Source of the DNA: an uncultured Solirubrobacterales bacterium
Lineage (GTDB): Bacteria > Actinomycetota > Thermoleophilia > Solirubrobacterales > Solirubrobacteraceae
Direction of reading: 5' to 3'
Assembly: GCA_963849455.1 (NCBI GenBank)
Contig: CAWKHE010000002.1
Coordinates: 1,488,011 to 1,552,010 of the forward strand
DNA: 64,000 nt
Part shown: in pieces, positions 31,178 to 41,375 of the stretch
Position numbering within the stretch: the first letter of the stretch is position 1
Layout of the letters: the number at the start of each line of letters is the position of its first letter
Notes under the pieces: model-generated
The model's input: only the letters and a program-made list of their open reading frames with translations
Databases searched by the model: none
Told to the model about the DNA's origin: nothing
Made by a program: the position numbers and the translations under genes

Positions 31178-31572
31178 AGTGACCGCTCATAGCTGGCCCA
31201 GGCGACGTGCGACTCGTGCAGGGTGACGACCAGCCCGTCGAGCGCTCGAGCGGCGTCGCCCAGGGCGCCGGCCTGCACCCGGTCTGCGAGTCGGTCGGCG
31301 ACCACCTTGGCGAGCGCCTCGGTGGACGTGTTCATGCCCGCGAAGGCGGGCTCGTCGTCGAGGTTGCGGTAGGTGAGCTCGGCCACCACGGCGTTCAGCG
31401 TCTCGGCCGCGGCGCCGATGTCGACGACGAGATTGTCGGCGTCGAGGGCAGCGCGCCGGAATGTGGCGTCGACGACGTACGTCGCGCCGTGCAGGCGTTG
31501 CGCGGGCCCGAACACCTCCCCCTGGAAACTGTGGGCGATCATCATGTGATCGCGGACGGTCACGCTGAACAT
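31174..31572 (-). CDS. 6-pyruvoyl-tetrahydropterin synthase (COG0720/QueD-like) family protein, variant without catalytic Cys
   Basis: [30 protein letters not shown]; no cysteine in the protein. Confidence 0.9.
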   Translation of the reverse strand: MFSVTVRDHMMIAHSFQGEVFGPAQRLHGATYVVDATFRRAALDADNLVVDIGAAAETLNAVVAELTYRNLDDEPAFAGMNTSTEALAKVVADRLADRVQAGALGDAARALDGLVVTLHESHVAWASYERSL

Positions 31573-31575
31573 CGG

Positions 31576-32564
31576 CTACTCCTCGTCGTAGGTGATGGTG
31601 TGGCAGAGCGCCGGTAGGCTGCCCGCGGCCAGCCGAGCCATCACGTCGGGCAGCTCGCCGAAGCGGGACTGTCCGGTGAGAAGTGCGTCAAAGGCCGGGT
31701 CGCGCAGTAGGTCGAGCGCGAGCGCAAGCCGGTCGGCCGTCGTGCGGCGTCCTGCGCGGGCCGGGAGAGGGTGCCGACCTGGCTGGCGCGGATCCCGAGG
31801 CGGCCCGAGTGAAACACACCGCCCAGCGAGAGCCGGACCTCTCGGTCGCCGTACCAGCTGACGTCGATGACCGTGCCCTCGGGCGCGAGCAGCTCGAGCG
31901 ACCTTTGCAGCCCAGCCGACGTCGCGCTGGCGTGCACGACGAGGTCGCGACCGGCGGCGGCGTCGGCCGGTAGGGCGAAGTCGACGCCGAGCGCGGCCGC
32001 GACATCGGCCCGGCCGGCATCGACGTCGACGAGTGTGACCTGCATGCCCGGAAACCGACTCAGCAGGCGCGCGACACAGCAGCCGACCATCCCGGCGCCC
32101 ACGACGGTGACCCGGTCGCCAAGCAGGGGCGCGGCGTCCCACACGGCATTGACCGCGGTCTCGACCGTGCCGGCGAGCACGGCGCGGGCTGGCGGCACCC
32201 CCTCGGGCACCACGGTCACCGCGCTGGCCGGCACCACGTAGGCAGTCTGGTGTGGGTACAGACAGAAGACCGTGCGGCCGCGCAGTTCAGCCGGGCCCTG
32301 CTCCACGGCACCGACGTTGAGGTAGCCGTACTTGACCGGACCGGGGAACTCGCCCTCCTGAAACGGTGCTCGCATGGTGGCGTACTCCGCCGGCGGCACA
32401 CCGCCCCGGAAGACCAACGTCTCGGTGCCGCGGCTGATGGCGGACCGCAGTGTGCGCACCATCACGTCGTCGCCCCCCGGGACGGGCAGCGCCACCGGCC
32501 GGATCTCCCCAGAGCCGGGCGCGCGCAGCCAGAACGCGTGCGCGTCGGCCTGCACTCGTCTCAC
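31576..32564 (-). CDS. MDR/zinc-binding alcohol dehydrogenase-like protein (frameshift near 31765)
   Basis: SAISRGTE, PVKYGY, LYPHQ, GAGMVG Rossmann motif, SWYG, SQVG. Confidence 0.88.
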
Positions 32565-32752
32565 CCTGCCCGAGATCGAAGTCGGTTCACCGAAACCAGC
32601 GGCCGGGCGGCCAACCTCGAAATCCTTCAGGTGAACCCGACATGGTCGTAGATGTTATTTGGAAGGCCCCGCTCCGAGCAGCGGACCCGGTTGTCGTGGG
32701 TGTTCAGGATTAACTTGTCCCGGGTCGTGCCCGGGCGTACCGTTTGAGCACG

Positions 32753-32974
32753 ATGAGAGCGTGGATGGAGCAGTGGATTTTCCCGCTCGGTCTGCTCGGG
32801 ACCGTTGTGCTCGTGTCGATCAGTCCCGTGGTCGGTGGTCTGCTGGCGCTGGCCTGGGGCTTCGTCCTCGTTCCTCACGCCGCCAGGTACATCCACACCC
32901 ACGCGCGGGGACACGCCGACACCGACGGGGCCGACGACGTCGAGACGCATTACTGGCGGATCACGCTGCCCTAG
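32753..32974 (+). CDS. Small two-TM membrane protein
   Basis: Two hydrophobic segments followed by a His/Asp-rich tail. Confidence 0.5.
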   Translation: MRAWMEQWIFPLGLLGTVVLVSISPVVGGLLALAWGFVLVPHAARYIHTHARGHADTDGADDVETHYWRITLP

Positions 32975-33038
32975 CGAATGATGGACCCCGCGCGGAGGCG
33001 GACTGCCTCCCGGCTCGAGTACGAGTTGCCGGGTGTGG

Positions 33039-33314
33039 TCAGTGCAGCGCGCCGGCCGGCAGCACGAAGCGCAGCGGCGCTCGCGAGTCGGTCACGTCGT
33101 GTTCGTTGACGCGGGAGCCATGCAATCCCCGGCCGCGACTCGCGGGCACGGCCATATCGGGCCTGCCGGAGTGGTCGGTGATCCAGTTCATGACCGCCGG
33201 GACGTCGGTTCCGGCGGCGAGAATGGCCGCGCGCTCGATCACGACCCCACCGGAAGGGTGTGGACGCGACAATCTGGTTACAAGCGCGTTGATCTCGAGA
33301 TCGTCCACGCCCAC
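33039..33314 (-). CDS. Hypothetical protein (about 90 aa)
   Basis: Protein-like sequence (RLSRPHPSGGVVIERAAILA..WITDH..RFVLPAGAL), typical codon usage. Confidence 0.6.
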   Translation of the reverse strand: MGVDDLEINALVTRLSRPHPSGGVVIERAAILAAGTDVPAVMNWITDHSGRPDMAVPASRGRGLHGSRVNEHDVTDSRAPLRFVLPAGALH

Positions 33315-33502
33315 ACCCTAGCCGTTGCTCGAGGCGGCGGCGCTGCGGCGACCCCGTGGCGGGGTCGCAGCGTTCGCTCGGATCACGCTAAATCCGAGTG
33401 CAATGGTCGGATTCTGGTAGGCTCAGTGTGCGCTGCGAGAGTCCAGCTCTTCTTGCTTCCGGGGCGACGTCTTCAGCCAGAAGGGCAGAAAGGCGGTTGG
33501 CT

Positions 33503-33781
33503 ATGGCCACCGCAGCAAAGAAGTCCCGCGCAGGATCGGTCATGACGCACTCCTGCTGTCCCGAATGCCGGTTGCGCTTTTCCCCTGCTGTGGCCGCCTA
33601 CCTGGCCGTTTGTCCTGCGTGCGGCGAACCGACGCAACCCCTGGCCACGCTCGCCGGCGCCGTGGGGTATGGCCTGTTCCGGCCCGAGGACAACCCTGCC
33701 CTGCCCGAGGACGACCCTGCCCTGCCCGAGGCCATCGAGATCTCCATGCCGATCCCCGATCCCTGGACGCGGCGACCGTGA
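33503..33781 (+). CDS. Small Zn-ribbon-like protein
   Basis: CPEC-x13-CPAC; start may be 33503 or 33542. Confidence 0.55.
   Translation: MATAAKKSRAGSVMTHSCCPECRLRFSPAVAAYLAVCPACGEPTQPLATLAGAVGYGLFRPEDNPALPEDDPALPEAIEISMPIPDPWTRRP
33682..33731 (+). repeat. 21-bp in-frame tandem duplication
   Basis: GCCCGAGGAC(A/G)ACCCTGCCCT x2 plus a partial copy, encoding PEDNPAL PEDDPAL PE. Confidence 0.8.
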
Positions 33782-33863
33782 CTGGCAGCGAGACTGGCTC
33801 GGACCAGGGAAGGCCGCCGTCCGAACCAACCACAACAATGGGGCAACAAGTCAAGGAGAAGTG

Positions 33864-34037
33864 ATGGCTGCAAAGCACAAGGTGACCGTTTCCTCGCAAC
33901 CGACCAACGGTCGGCTCACCACTGCCGAACGGCGCGCGGCGCAGGTCGCGTCGCTCTCAACCCGGCAGGCGGAGCTCAAGCAGGAAGCCGCAGAGCGGCG
34001 CGCCAAGCGCGCCGAGCAGAACTCCCCGGCCGCATAG
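33864..34037 (+). CDS. Small basic helical protein (57 aa)
   Basis: AAGGAG RBS; MAAKHKVTVSS..AERRAKRAEQ. Confidence 0.6.
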   Translation: MAAKHKVTVSSQPTNGRLTTAERRAAQVASLSTRQAELKQEAAERRAKRAEQNSPAA

Positions 34038-34073
34038 GCGCCGCGCAGGCGAGCCACCGAGATTTAGGGATCC

Positions 34074-34370
34074 CTAGCCGCGTCGGAGGAGTCGGCCGAC
34101 GGCGGCCATCATCTCGTCGGTTCGCTCGTCCTGCTGGCTCGGCTCGGCGCCGACCACGCATGTGTGGGCGTGCCCATCGAGTAATCCGAGCGCCACCTTG
34201 TCGAGCGCGGCTTGGGCGGCGCTGATCTGGGTGAGGATGTCGATGCAATAGCGGTCGTCGTTGACCATTCCCTCGATCCCGCGGATTTGGCCCTCGATTC
34301 GCCCCAGCCGCGCGACCAGCTGGTCCTTGGTGGCGGTATATCCCCTGGTCGGAGTCTGAGTCTTTGGCAT
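34074..34370 (-). CDS. csoR: CsoR/RcnR family metal-sensing repressor
   Basis: RLGRIEGQIRGI, RYCIDILTQISA, HAHTC (Cys-His-Cys Cu(I) ligand pattern). Confidence 0.92.
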   Translation of the reverse strand: MPKTQTPTRGYTATKDQLVARLGRIEGQIRGIEGMVNDDRYCIDILTQISAAQAALDKVALGLLDGHAHTCVVGAEPSQQDERTDEMMAAVGRLLRRG

Positions 34371-34394
34371 GGACAGGACTCTATCATCTACCCC

Positions 34395-34409
34395 TACCCC
34401 CTAGGGGTA
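34395..34409. promoter_or_regulatory. CsoR operator
   Basis: TACCCC-cta-GGGGTA perfect dyad, plus an extra TACCCC half-site immediately 5', between divergent csoR and permease. Confidence 0.85.
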
Positions 34410-34426
34410 CTGGTAACGTGGGTCGC

Positions 34427-35575
34427 GTGAGCGTCCTGGATGTCATGTGGCACGGCCTGCGGGACTCGTTCCTGATGGCCTGGGAGGTCTGGTGGGCCCT
34501 CGTGTTCGGGTTTGCCATCTCGGCGATCGTGCAGGCGTGGGTGCCGCGCGAGCGCATCCAAGCGCTGATGAGCGGCTCGGATACCAGTGCGATCGGCTGG
34601 GCGACCGGTCTCGGCGCCGCGTCGTCGTCCTGTTCCTACGCCGCCATCGCGATCGCAAAATCCCTCTTTGAGAAAGGTGCGAGCGCCGCCGCAACGCTGG
34701 CCTTCCAGTTCGCCTCGACCAACCTCGTGTGGGAGCTGGGCCTGGTCCTGTGGGTCCTGATCGGCTGGCAGTTCACGCTGGCCGAATACCTCGGCGGAAT
34801 CGTGATGATCGTGCTGATGACCGTGCTGCTACGGCTGTTTGTCAGCCGCAGCCTGGAGGATCGGGCCCGTGAGCACGCGCGCGACGCCGACACCGGCCAT
34901 CAACATCACACCACGGGCGAGCAGCTCTCCTGGCGGGAGCGACTCACCTCCGCCCGGGCGTGGTCAGATGTCGCGCACAACTTCCGCGGCGACTGGAAGA
35001 TGCTGTGGAAGGAGATCACGGCCGGCTTCCTTCTGGCCGGATTCATCGCCCAGCTCGGCAACAGCTTCTTCGAGCACCTGTTCATCCGCCATGCCGCGGC
35101 GCCGCTGCCGGTGATCGAGAACGTGATCGTAGGGCCGATCATCGCCGTGCTCAGCTTCGTGTGCTCGGTCGGCAACGTCCCGCTGGCCGCGGTTCTGTGG
35201 TCGGGCGGGATCTCGTTCGGGGGCGTGCTCGCGTTTCTGTTCGCGGACCTGATCGTGCTGCCGATCCTGGCCATCTACCGCAAGTACTACGGCCTCAAGT
35301 TCACGGTGCGGATCAGCGGCCTCATGTTCACGACGATGGTGATCGCCGCGCTGATCGTCGACGGGATCTTTGGCGTGCTCGGGCTGATTCCCACCGGACC
35401 GCGCCCGACTCGCGCAGACATCTTCAGCCCGATTCACGTCGACTACAAGCTCGCGCTCAACATCGTTGGCCTCGTGATCTTCGCCGCCCTGTTCTGGCTC
35501 ACCGCCCGGGACGCCGCGGGCCCGGTATGCGGGATGAAGGTCGACCACGACAAGGCGCTAGCCGATCGCGGATGA
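34427..35575 (+). CDS. Predicted permease (DUF318/ArsP-like) ending in a truncated YHS/TRASH-like motif
   Basis: GAASSSCSY, FASTNLVWE, SFVCSVGNVPLA, His-rich loop, C-terminal PVCGMKVD. Confidence 0.85.
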   Translation: MSVLDVMWHGLRDSFLMAWEVWWALVFGFAISAIVQAWVPRERIQALMSGSDTSAIGWATGLGAASSSCSYAAIAIAKSLFEKGASAAATLAFQFASTNLVWELGLVLWVLIGWQFTLAEYLGGIVMIVLMTVLLRLFVSRSLEDRAREHARDADTGHQHHTTGEQLSWRERLTSARAWSDVAHNFRGDWKMLWKEITAGFLLAGFIAQLGNSFFEHLFIRHAAAPLPVIENVIVGPIIAVLSFVCSVGNVPLAAVLWSGGISFGGVLAFLFADLIVLPILAIYRKYYGLKFTVRISGLMFTTMVIAALIVDGIFGVLGLIPTGPRPTRADIFSPIHVDYKLALNIVGLVIFAALFWLTARDAAGPVCGMKVDHDKALADRG

Positions 35576-35592
35576 TTCTTGACCCCGTGTCG

Positions 35593-35853
35593 ATGGGTAA
35601 CCGAGAGCCGATGTCACGCTCGTCGGTTGTCCTGTCGGCAGTAACGAGCCAGCCGGCGAGCACGTCCGAGCTTTACGAGCGTGTCGGTTATCTCGCCCTC
35701 GCCCAGGTCGGTCTAATCCCGTATGGCGCCTTCCGCGCCGAGCTGGCGCGTCTGTCGGCGCAGGGACTGGTCGACAGTGAGACTGCGGACGATGGCTCGA
35801 CGCGGTGGAGACTGGCGGTCGCAGCCTCCAATGAGACCGACAGCTCAGACTGA
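35593..35853 (+). CDS. Small hypothetical protein, possibly winged helix
   Basis: STSELYERVG..FRAELARLSAQGLVDS..GSTRWRL; start 35593 or 35611. Confidence 0.55.
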   Translation: MGNREPMSRSSVVLSAVTSQPASTSELYERVGYLALAQVGLIPYGAFRAELARLSAQGLVDSETADDGSTRWRLAVAASNETDSSD

Positions 35854-35867
35854 TTAGTCTCCGCCGC

Positions 35868-36626
35868 ATGGAGCTCGAGGGCAAGGTCGCGCTCGTCACC
35901 GGAGGCGGGAGCGGAATCGGCCAGGCCGTCGCGCAGGCCATGGCCGACGCGGGCGCCGCCGTCTGCATCAACTGGTTTGGCGAGCACGGGGTCCAGGCGG
36001 TGCAGCACGCCGCGCGCCTGCCGCGGGCGTGCGCAGTCGAGGCCGATATCGGCGAGCCGGCGCAGGTATCAAAGCTGGTCAGCGCGACAGTCGATCGCCT
36101 CGGCGGTCTTGACGTGCTCGTCAACAACGCCGCCGTGAACCGCTCGGCGCCCTTGCTCGATATGCCCGTCGAGGATTGGGATGCGGTCCTGCGCGTCAAC
36201 CTGCGCGGCGCGTTCTGCTGTCTGCAGGCGGCTGCTGGAGCCATGCGCGACGCCGGTCGCGGCGGCTCGATCATCAACATGTCCTCGATCCACGAGGACC
36301 TGGCCTTCCCGACGTTTGCGCCCTATGCCGTGGCCAAGGGCGGGCTGCGGATGCTGATGCGCACGGCGGCACTCGAGCTCGCCGACTACGACATCCGCGT
36401 CAACAACATCGCGCCGGGGGCGATCCTCACCCCTCTCAACACGGCCACCGTCGAGGACCCCGACAAGCTCGCGCTGCTGAAGCGGGTCGTCCCGCAGCGG
36501 CGCATGGGCACGCCTGAGGAGGTAGCCACGCTGGCCGTGTTTCTCGCCTCCGATCGCGCCGCGTACATCACCGGGTCGACGTACACGGTCGACGGCGGAA
36601 TGTCCCGGCACGCGGAGATGATCTAG
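35868..36626 (+). CDS. SDR oxidoreductase (glucose-1-dehydrogenase/FabG-like)
   Basis: TGGGSGIG, LVNNA, SSIH, YAVAK, RVNNIAPG, VDGG. Confidence 0.92.
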   Translation: MELEGKVALVTGGGSGIGQAVAQAMADAGAAVCINWFGEHGVQAVQHAARLPRACAVEADIGEPAQVSKLVSATVDRLGGLDVLVNNAAVNRSAPLLDMPVEDWDAVLRVNLRGAFCCLQAAAGAMRDAGRGGSIINMSSIHEDLAFPTFAPYAVAKGGLRMLMRTAALELADYDIRVNNIAPGAILTPLNTATVEDPDKLALLKRVVPQRRMGTPEEVATLAVFLASDRAAYITGSTYTVDGGMSRHAEMI

Positions 36627-37165
36627 CCGCTCCGGCGGTCCTGAGCACCGAGAGCCGCGACCAGGTCCGCAAGGGCAACCCGGTCAGCGGGGTTCCGTGC
36701 TCGGTGAAGCATGGCGATCTCGCCATCGGCCCGGACCGCGACATCGGCACCGAGCCGGAGCATGTCGGCGCTGGTCAGTTTCGGCAAACGCCCCCGGGCG
36801 GCGGCGCCGAGCAGCGGGCCGACCGACCCGGGTACGAGACCCAGCGGGTTCTGGCGGCGGATCGTTCCCAATGTCTCATACAACTCCGCATCCCGGTCGG
36901 CGAGCACGGGGATGTCATCCGGAATCTGATCGTCCTGACGGCGCCAGGAAGCGACAAGTTTCGGGGTGGCGTTGAAGAACACCACCAACTCACCGCCCAG
37001 CTCCTCAATCAGGCTTCTTGCCTCCACGGCCCGGTGGAGGTGGCGTTGGCAGATGCTTCAGCCCGGATGGCGGGCGAGATACGCGATCCACGGGCGCCCA
37101 AGCATGTCGCCGAGTGCCAGCTGGCCGCCGCCGGCCTGCGGGAGGTCGAAGTCCGGGAAACGCAT
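36623..37165 (-). CDS. AhpC/TSA (peroxiredoxin-like, SelL/SelU-related) protein with in-frame TGA, probable selenoprotein (UxxC), 180 aa
   Basis: MRFPDFDLPQAGGGQLALGDMLGRPWIAYLARHPG-TGA-SICQRHL continues in frame into the 36623..37027 ORF; TGA at 37058-37060. Confidence 0.85.
37021..37040 (-). promoter_or_regulatory. Candidate bacterial SECIS hairpin
   Basis: mRNA CCUCCAC-cgggcc-GUGGAGG, 7-bp stem starting 17 nt after the UGA, G in loop position 2. Confidence 0.6.
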
Positions 37166-37291
37166 GAGCCCGAGCGTAACGCCCGGCAGGCCTGGGTGAC
37201 CGGCCGATCCGCCGAACTCCGCTGAGAGAACCGCGGGCCCGGCCCCTGCAGTGAGATGGACAACGCTGCGAAGATCAGAAACTCAGAGGCC

Positions 37292-39650
37292 ATGGCAGTC
37301 GACGTTCTGAACCGCACTACTCAAGTCCAGCCGTGGCATGCCGTCACGGATTGGCTGCACGCGCATGATCCCGACTACGGCGCGTCTGCGGCGGGCCACG
37401 CGTGCGGCGCTGATCATGCCCAGCATGTTCGCCCTCGGCGACGAGGTGATCGGCAAACCCGATGCTGGCCACGTTTGCGGCTTTCGGCTCGATCGCGATG
37501 CTGCTGCTGGTCGACTACCAGGGGACGATCCGCGATCGCGTGCTCGCTCAGGCGGCGCTCGGCGTGAGCTGCGCGGTGCTCATCTGCCTGGGCACGCTCT
37601 GTGCGCAGGCGACCTGGCTCGCGGTGCTGGGCATGGCCGTGGTGGCGTTCGTCGTTGTCTTTGCCAGCGTGGTCAGCTCGGTGCTGGCCGGCGCCACGAC
37701 CGCGCTGCTGCTGGCCTTCATTCTTCCCGTCTCGTTTCCCGGGCCCGTTGTCGTCGATCCCTGACCGGGTCGCCGGCTGGGGGCTGGCCGCGGCGGCCTC
37801 GCTGCTGGCGATCTCGCTGCTGTGGCCGAGTCCGGTTCGCAACCCCGTTCGCGCGGCGGCCATCGACGGCTGCCGGGCGCTGGCGGCGCGGCTTCGCGGC
37901 GATGTGGCCTACATCCTCAGCGACGGCTCGGCGGCCGCGCGGGCGGCGCACGATGCCGTGGTAGAGGGCGCCAACGGAGCCATCCAGCGACTCCACGACG
38001 TGTTCTTCGCGACCCCGTATCGCCCGACCGGGCTGAGCACAGACGACCGGGCGGTGATCCGTCTGGTCGACGAACTCCGCTGGCTGAACACGATCGTGTT
38101 GCGCTCCGCCCCTGCGGCATCCGCCGCATCTCAACCCACAGGTCTGCCGGGTCAAGACCCTGGCGGCGCTCGTACTCGAACGCTCGGCCGGACATGCTGG
38201 CCGATCCCCACAACGACACCCAGGTCATGAACGACGCACTTGGGGAGATGAGTCCGCGCTGGTCGACGCTTGAACGCGACACCGCCGCGCTGCCGCTTGA
38301 TGAAGCCGACTGCCGCCAGGAGGCCCGCGAGGTTGTCTCGGCGCTGGACCCGAGCTTTCGCGCGCAGGAACTGAGCTTCATCGTCGCGCAGGTCGCCACC
38401 AACAGCGAGTTCGCCGCCGCGGCTGAGCGGCGCACTTGGCTCGAGCGGCTGCTGGGCCGCCAGCCGGAGGGGCTCCCCGGACGCCTGTCCGCGGCCCAGG
38501 AGCGCGCCGGCTCGCGCGTGCAGCGCCATTCTCTGTGGCTACACAACAGCGTCCGTGCCTCCGCTCGCCCTGGCCCTTGCGGTCCTCGTCGCCGACTTGA
38601 GCAGCGTCCAGCATGGCTTCTGGGTCGCGTTCGCCACCCTCTCGGTGCTGCGTTCGAACGCACTCAGCACCGGCCAGAACACGGTGCGAGCGCTGCTCGG
38701 AACCAGCCTGCGGGTTCGTCGTCGGCGGCGTGATCGTCTACCTGATCGGGACCAACACAGCGGTGCTGTGGGTGCTGCTCCCGATCGTCGGTCCTGCTGG
38801 CCGGGTTGGCGCCGGCGACGATCTCTTTTGCCGCCGGCCAGGCCGCCTTCACGCTGACCCTGCTGATTCTGTTCAACATTCTCGCTCCCGCCGGGCTGGC
38901 GGATTGGCCTCGTCCGCGTGGAGGACATCGCGCTGGGCGGCGCGGTCAGCCTCGTGGTCGGCCTGCTGTTCTGGCCTCGGGGCGCGGGCGCCGCACTGGG
39001 CCGGGCGTTGAGCGAGGCCTACGTCGACGGTTCGCGCTACCTCGCCCAGGCAGTCGCCTACGGCGCGAGTCGCGGCGACCGGCGCGGCGCTCCGTCGCCG
39101 GCGCCGGCCGACGGAGGCGGTGCGTGCCGCGGCCTCCGCCCGCCGCCTCGACGACACCTTCCGTGGCTATCTGTCCGAGCGCGGTTCGAAGCCGATGCCG
39201 ATGGCCGAGGTCACGAGTCTCATCACCGGCGTGGTCGGGGTGCGTCTGGCCGCCGACGCGGTCCTCGATCTGTGGGATGGCGACGGCCCGCCAGACGGAG
39301 ACCGGTCGGCCGCGCGTCGCGAACTGCTCAGCGCGGCCGAATACATGACCAGCTGGTACGGGCACTTCGCCGCCAGCCTGGCCCTGCGCGAGCCGGTGCC
39401 CGAACCCCTCGGCGCCGATCGCATCGCCGATGGCCGGCTGATCGAGGCGGTGGGTGAGGATCTCCGCAACGCAGGTGGCGAGGAGACGGCGACTGGCGTA
39501 CGGATGATCTGGACGGGCGATCACCTCGACGGCGTGCGCCGGCTCGGCGACTTACTCGTGGATCCGGCACGAACCGCCGTCGCGGTGCGTTCGCGCAGCC
39601 CGCTTGACGAGCTCCGCGCGTGGTTGCCCCAGGCAGTTCACAGCGGCTAG
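37292..39650 (+). CDS. FUSC (aromatic acid exporter-like) membrane protein, many frameshifts
   Basis: LRRATRAALIMP, FAAFGSIAMLLLVDY, HGFWVAFATLSVLRSNALSTG, GQAAFT, EDIALGGAVSLVVGLLFWPRGA in successive frames. Confidence 0.8.
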
Positions 39651-39669
39651 GGCCGCGCCGGGCTGAGGC

Positions 39670-41277
39670 CTAGGGCAGCTTGGTATAGACGACGGCGCTA
39701 TCGGCGACGCAACAAGCGGCGGGGTAGTTGTGGGGCGCGATCGCGATCGGACGAAGCTTCGGGTTGGTTGCCAACAGCGCTCCCCACTGGGCAGCGCGGC
39801 GCCGGACCGAGCGTCGTCCACGGCTGCGTCCAGGCCTGGTTGCCCTCGGTCAGCGGTCGGGCGTAGAGCAGGCGCTGACCGGGGCGAAGGCTTTGCACGA
39901 GCCGGCGACGTGCGCGCCGGCGACGTGTCGAATGAGGCGCGCTGTAGGCATCGACCCAGTTCATGTAGCTGGGGTGCGCGGTCGCGGCCCCATCGGGGTG
40001 GCGAAGCGAAGGCCGGCGGGCAGGTAGTAGTAGGCCAGCGCGGACTGGTCGGGACTGCCGACGAGGACGGTGTCGCCGGAGCGCAGGTACGGCGCGAGCT
40101 CGCCGGCGACGTCACGCATGTCACTCTTGTACTGCGGGGCAAACGACGCGGCGTTGGCGGCGAAGGCCAGCGTCAGCACGAGCGCCAAGCGCGCCGAGGA
40201 TGCCCGAGCGGGCGCAGGCCAACGCGCCGAGGATCAGCAACGCGGCGAGGATCGACGCCAGGTAGCGCGTCTCCCAGACGGGGGAGACGAGGGACACGAT
40301 CCGGGCCAGCAAGGCAGCGGTCACGGCGATCAGCATCAGGGACCACAGCATTCGCGCCGTCGAGGTTCTCCGGCGGTCGCGGGTGGCCAGAGGCAGCGCA
40401 GCGACCGCCAGCGCGATGGCCAGGCTGACGGTCACGCGGTCGCTGCCGAGCAGCGAGCTCGGGAAGCCGAAGCCGGCCAAGTCGCCGTACCCCCATGGGC
40501 TGGTCGTGTGCCCGATCTGGTAGATCAGGTTCGGGAACCCAGGGGAGATAAAGCAGAAGGGCGAGGCCGAAGACGAGTGGCCGCGTCGCGCCGGTCAGCG
40601 CCCGGCGATCGTCGGCCGTGCGGCGCAGGAACACAGAGCGCGACGGCCATCGCGCCCCACAGAAAGATCGCCCAGAAGCTCGTGTACAGCGACAGGCAGA
40701 GGGCCAGTGCCAGGCCGACCAGGTATCCGCGGCGTCGGCGTACGAACCCATGCAGGAAGCAGGCCGTGGCCAGGAGGCCGAGCAGCGCAAGCAGTTCGTA
40801 GGGCTGGACCTCCTCGGCGTAATGGGTCAGGAAGGGGCTGAACGCAAACAGCACCCCGGCGGCCATGCCGGCGCGTCGCCCGAACAGGCTCCAGCCGCCC
40901 ACACGGCGACGGGAACGGTGGGCAGGCCGATCAGCAACGAGAACAGGTGCGTCGCCACCTCGCCCGAGCCGAACAGGCTCATCCAGACGTGCAGCAGCAT
41001 GTAGTAGAGCGGAGCGGACCCGTTCTGGCGCAGGATGCCCGGGATCGCCGTCAGGGGATGGGCGGCGATACCGATCGCGATTGGCCTCGTCTGCCCACAG
41101 CTGGCCGGTGATGAAACGCGAACGCACCAAGGCCGAGATGGCCAGCAGGATGAGCACGATGGCGCCCGTCGTGAGCCAGGTCGGCCGGCGATGAAACCAG
41201 GCCGGCGCATGGACGTCAGGGACGTCCGGCGCCTGCAGCAGCCAGGGCAGGGGACGACGAGGGGAGGCGGTGCTCAT
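39670..41277 (-). CDS. GT-C fold glycosyltransferase (GT39/PMT_2-like), many frameshifts
   Basis: GQLWADE, GSAPLYYMLLHVW, SPFLTHYAEEVQPY, many TM segments, WETRYL. Confidence 0.78.
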
Positions 41278-41375
41278 ACGCGGCCTCAGGGTACCGGGCG
41301 GCTTGGCCGGGGCCGGGAAGGGTCGGCGTCGGACGGGCTCGGTAGGTCGGCGTCCGTCTGCGAGCATGCAGCGCC

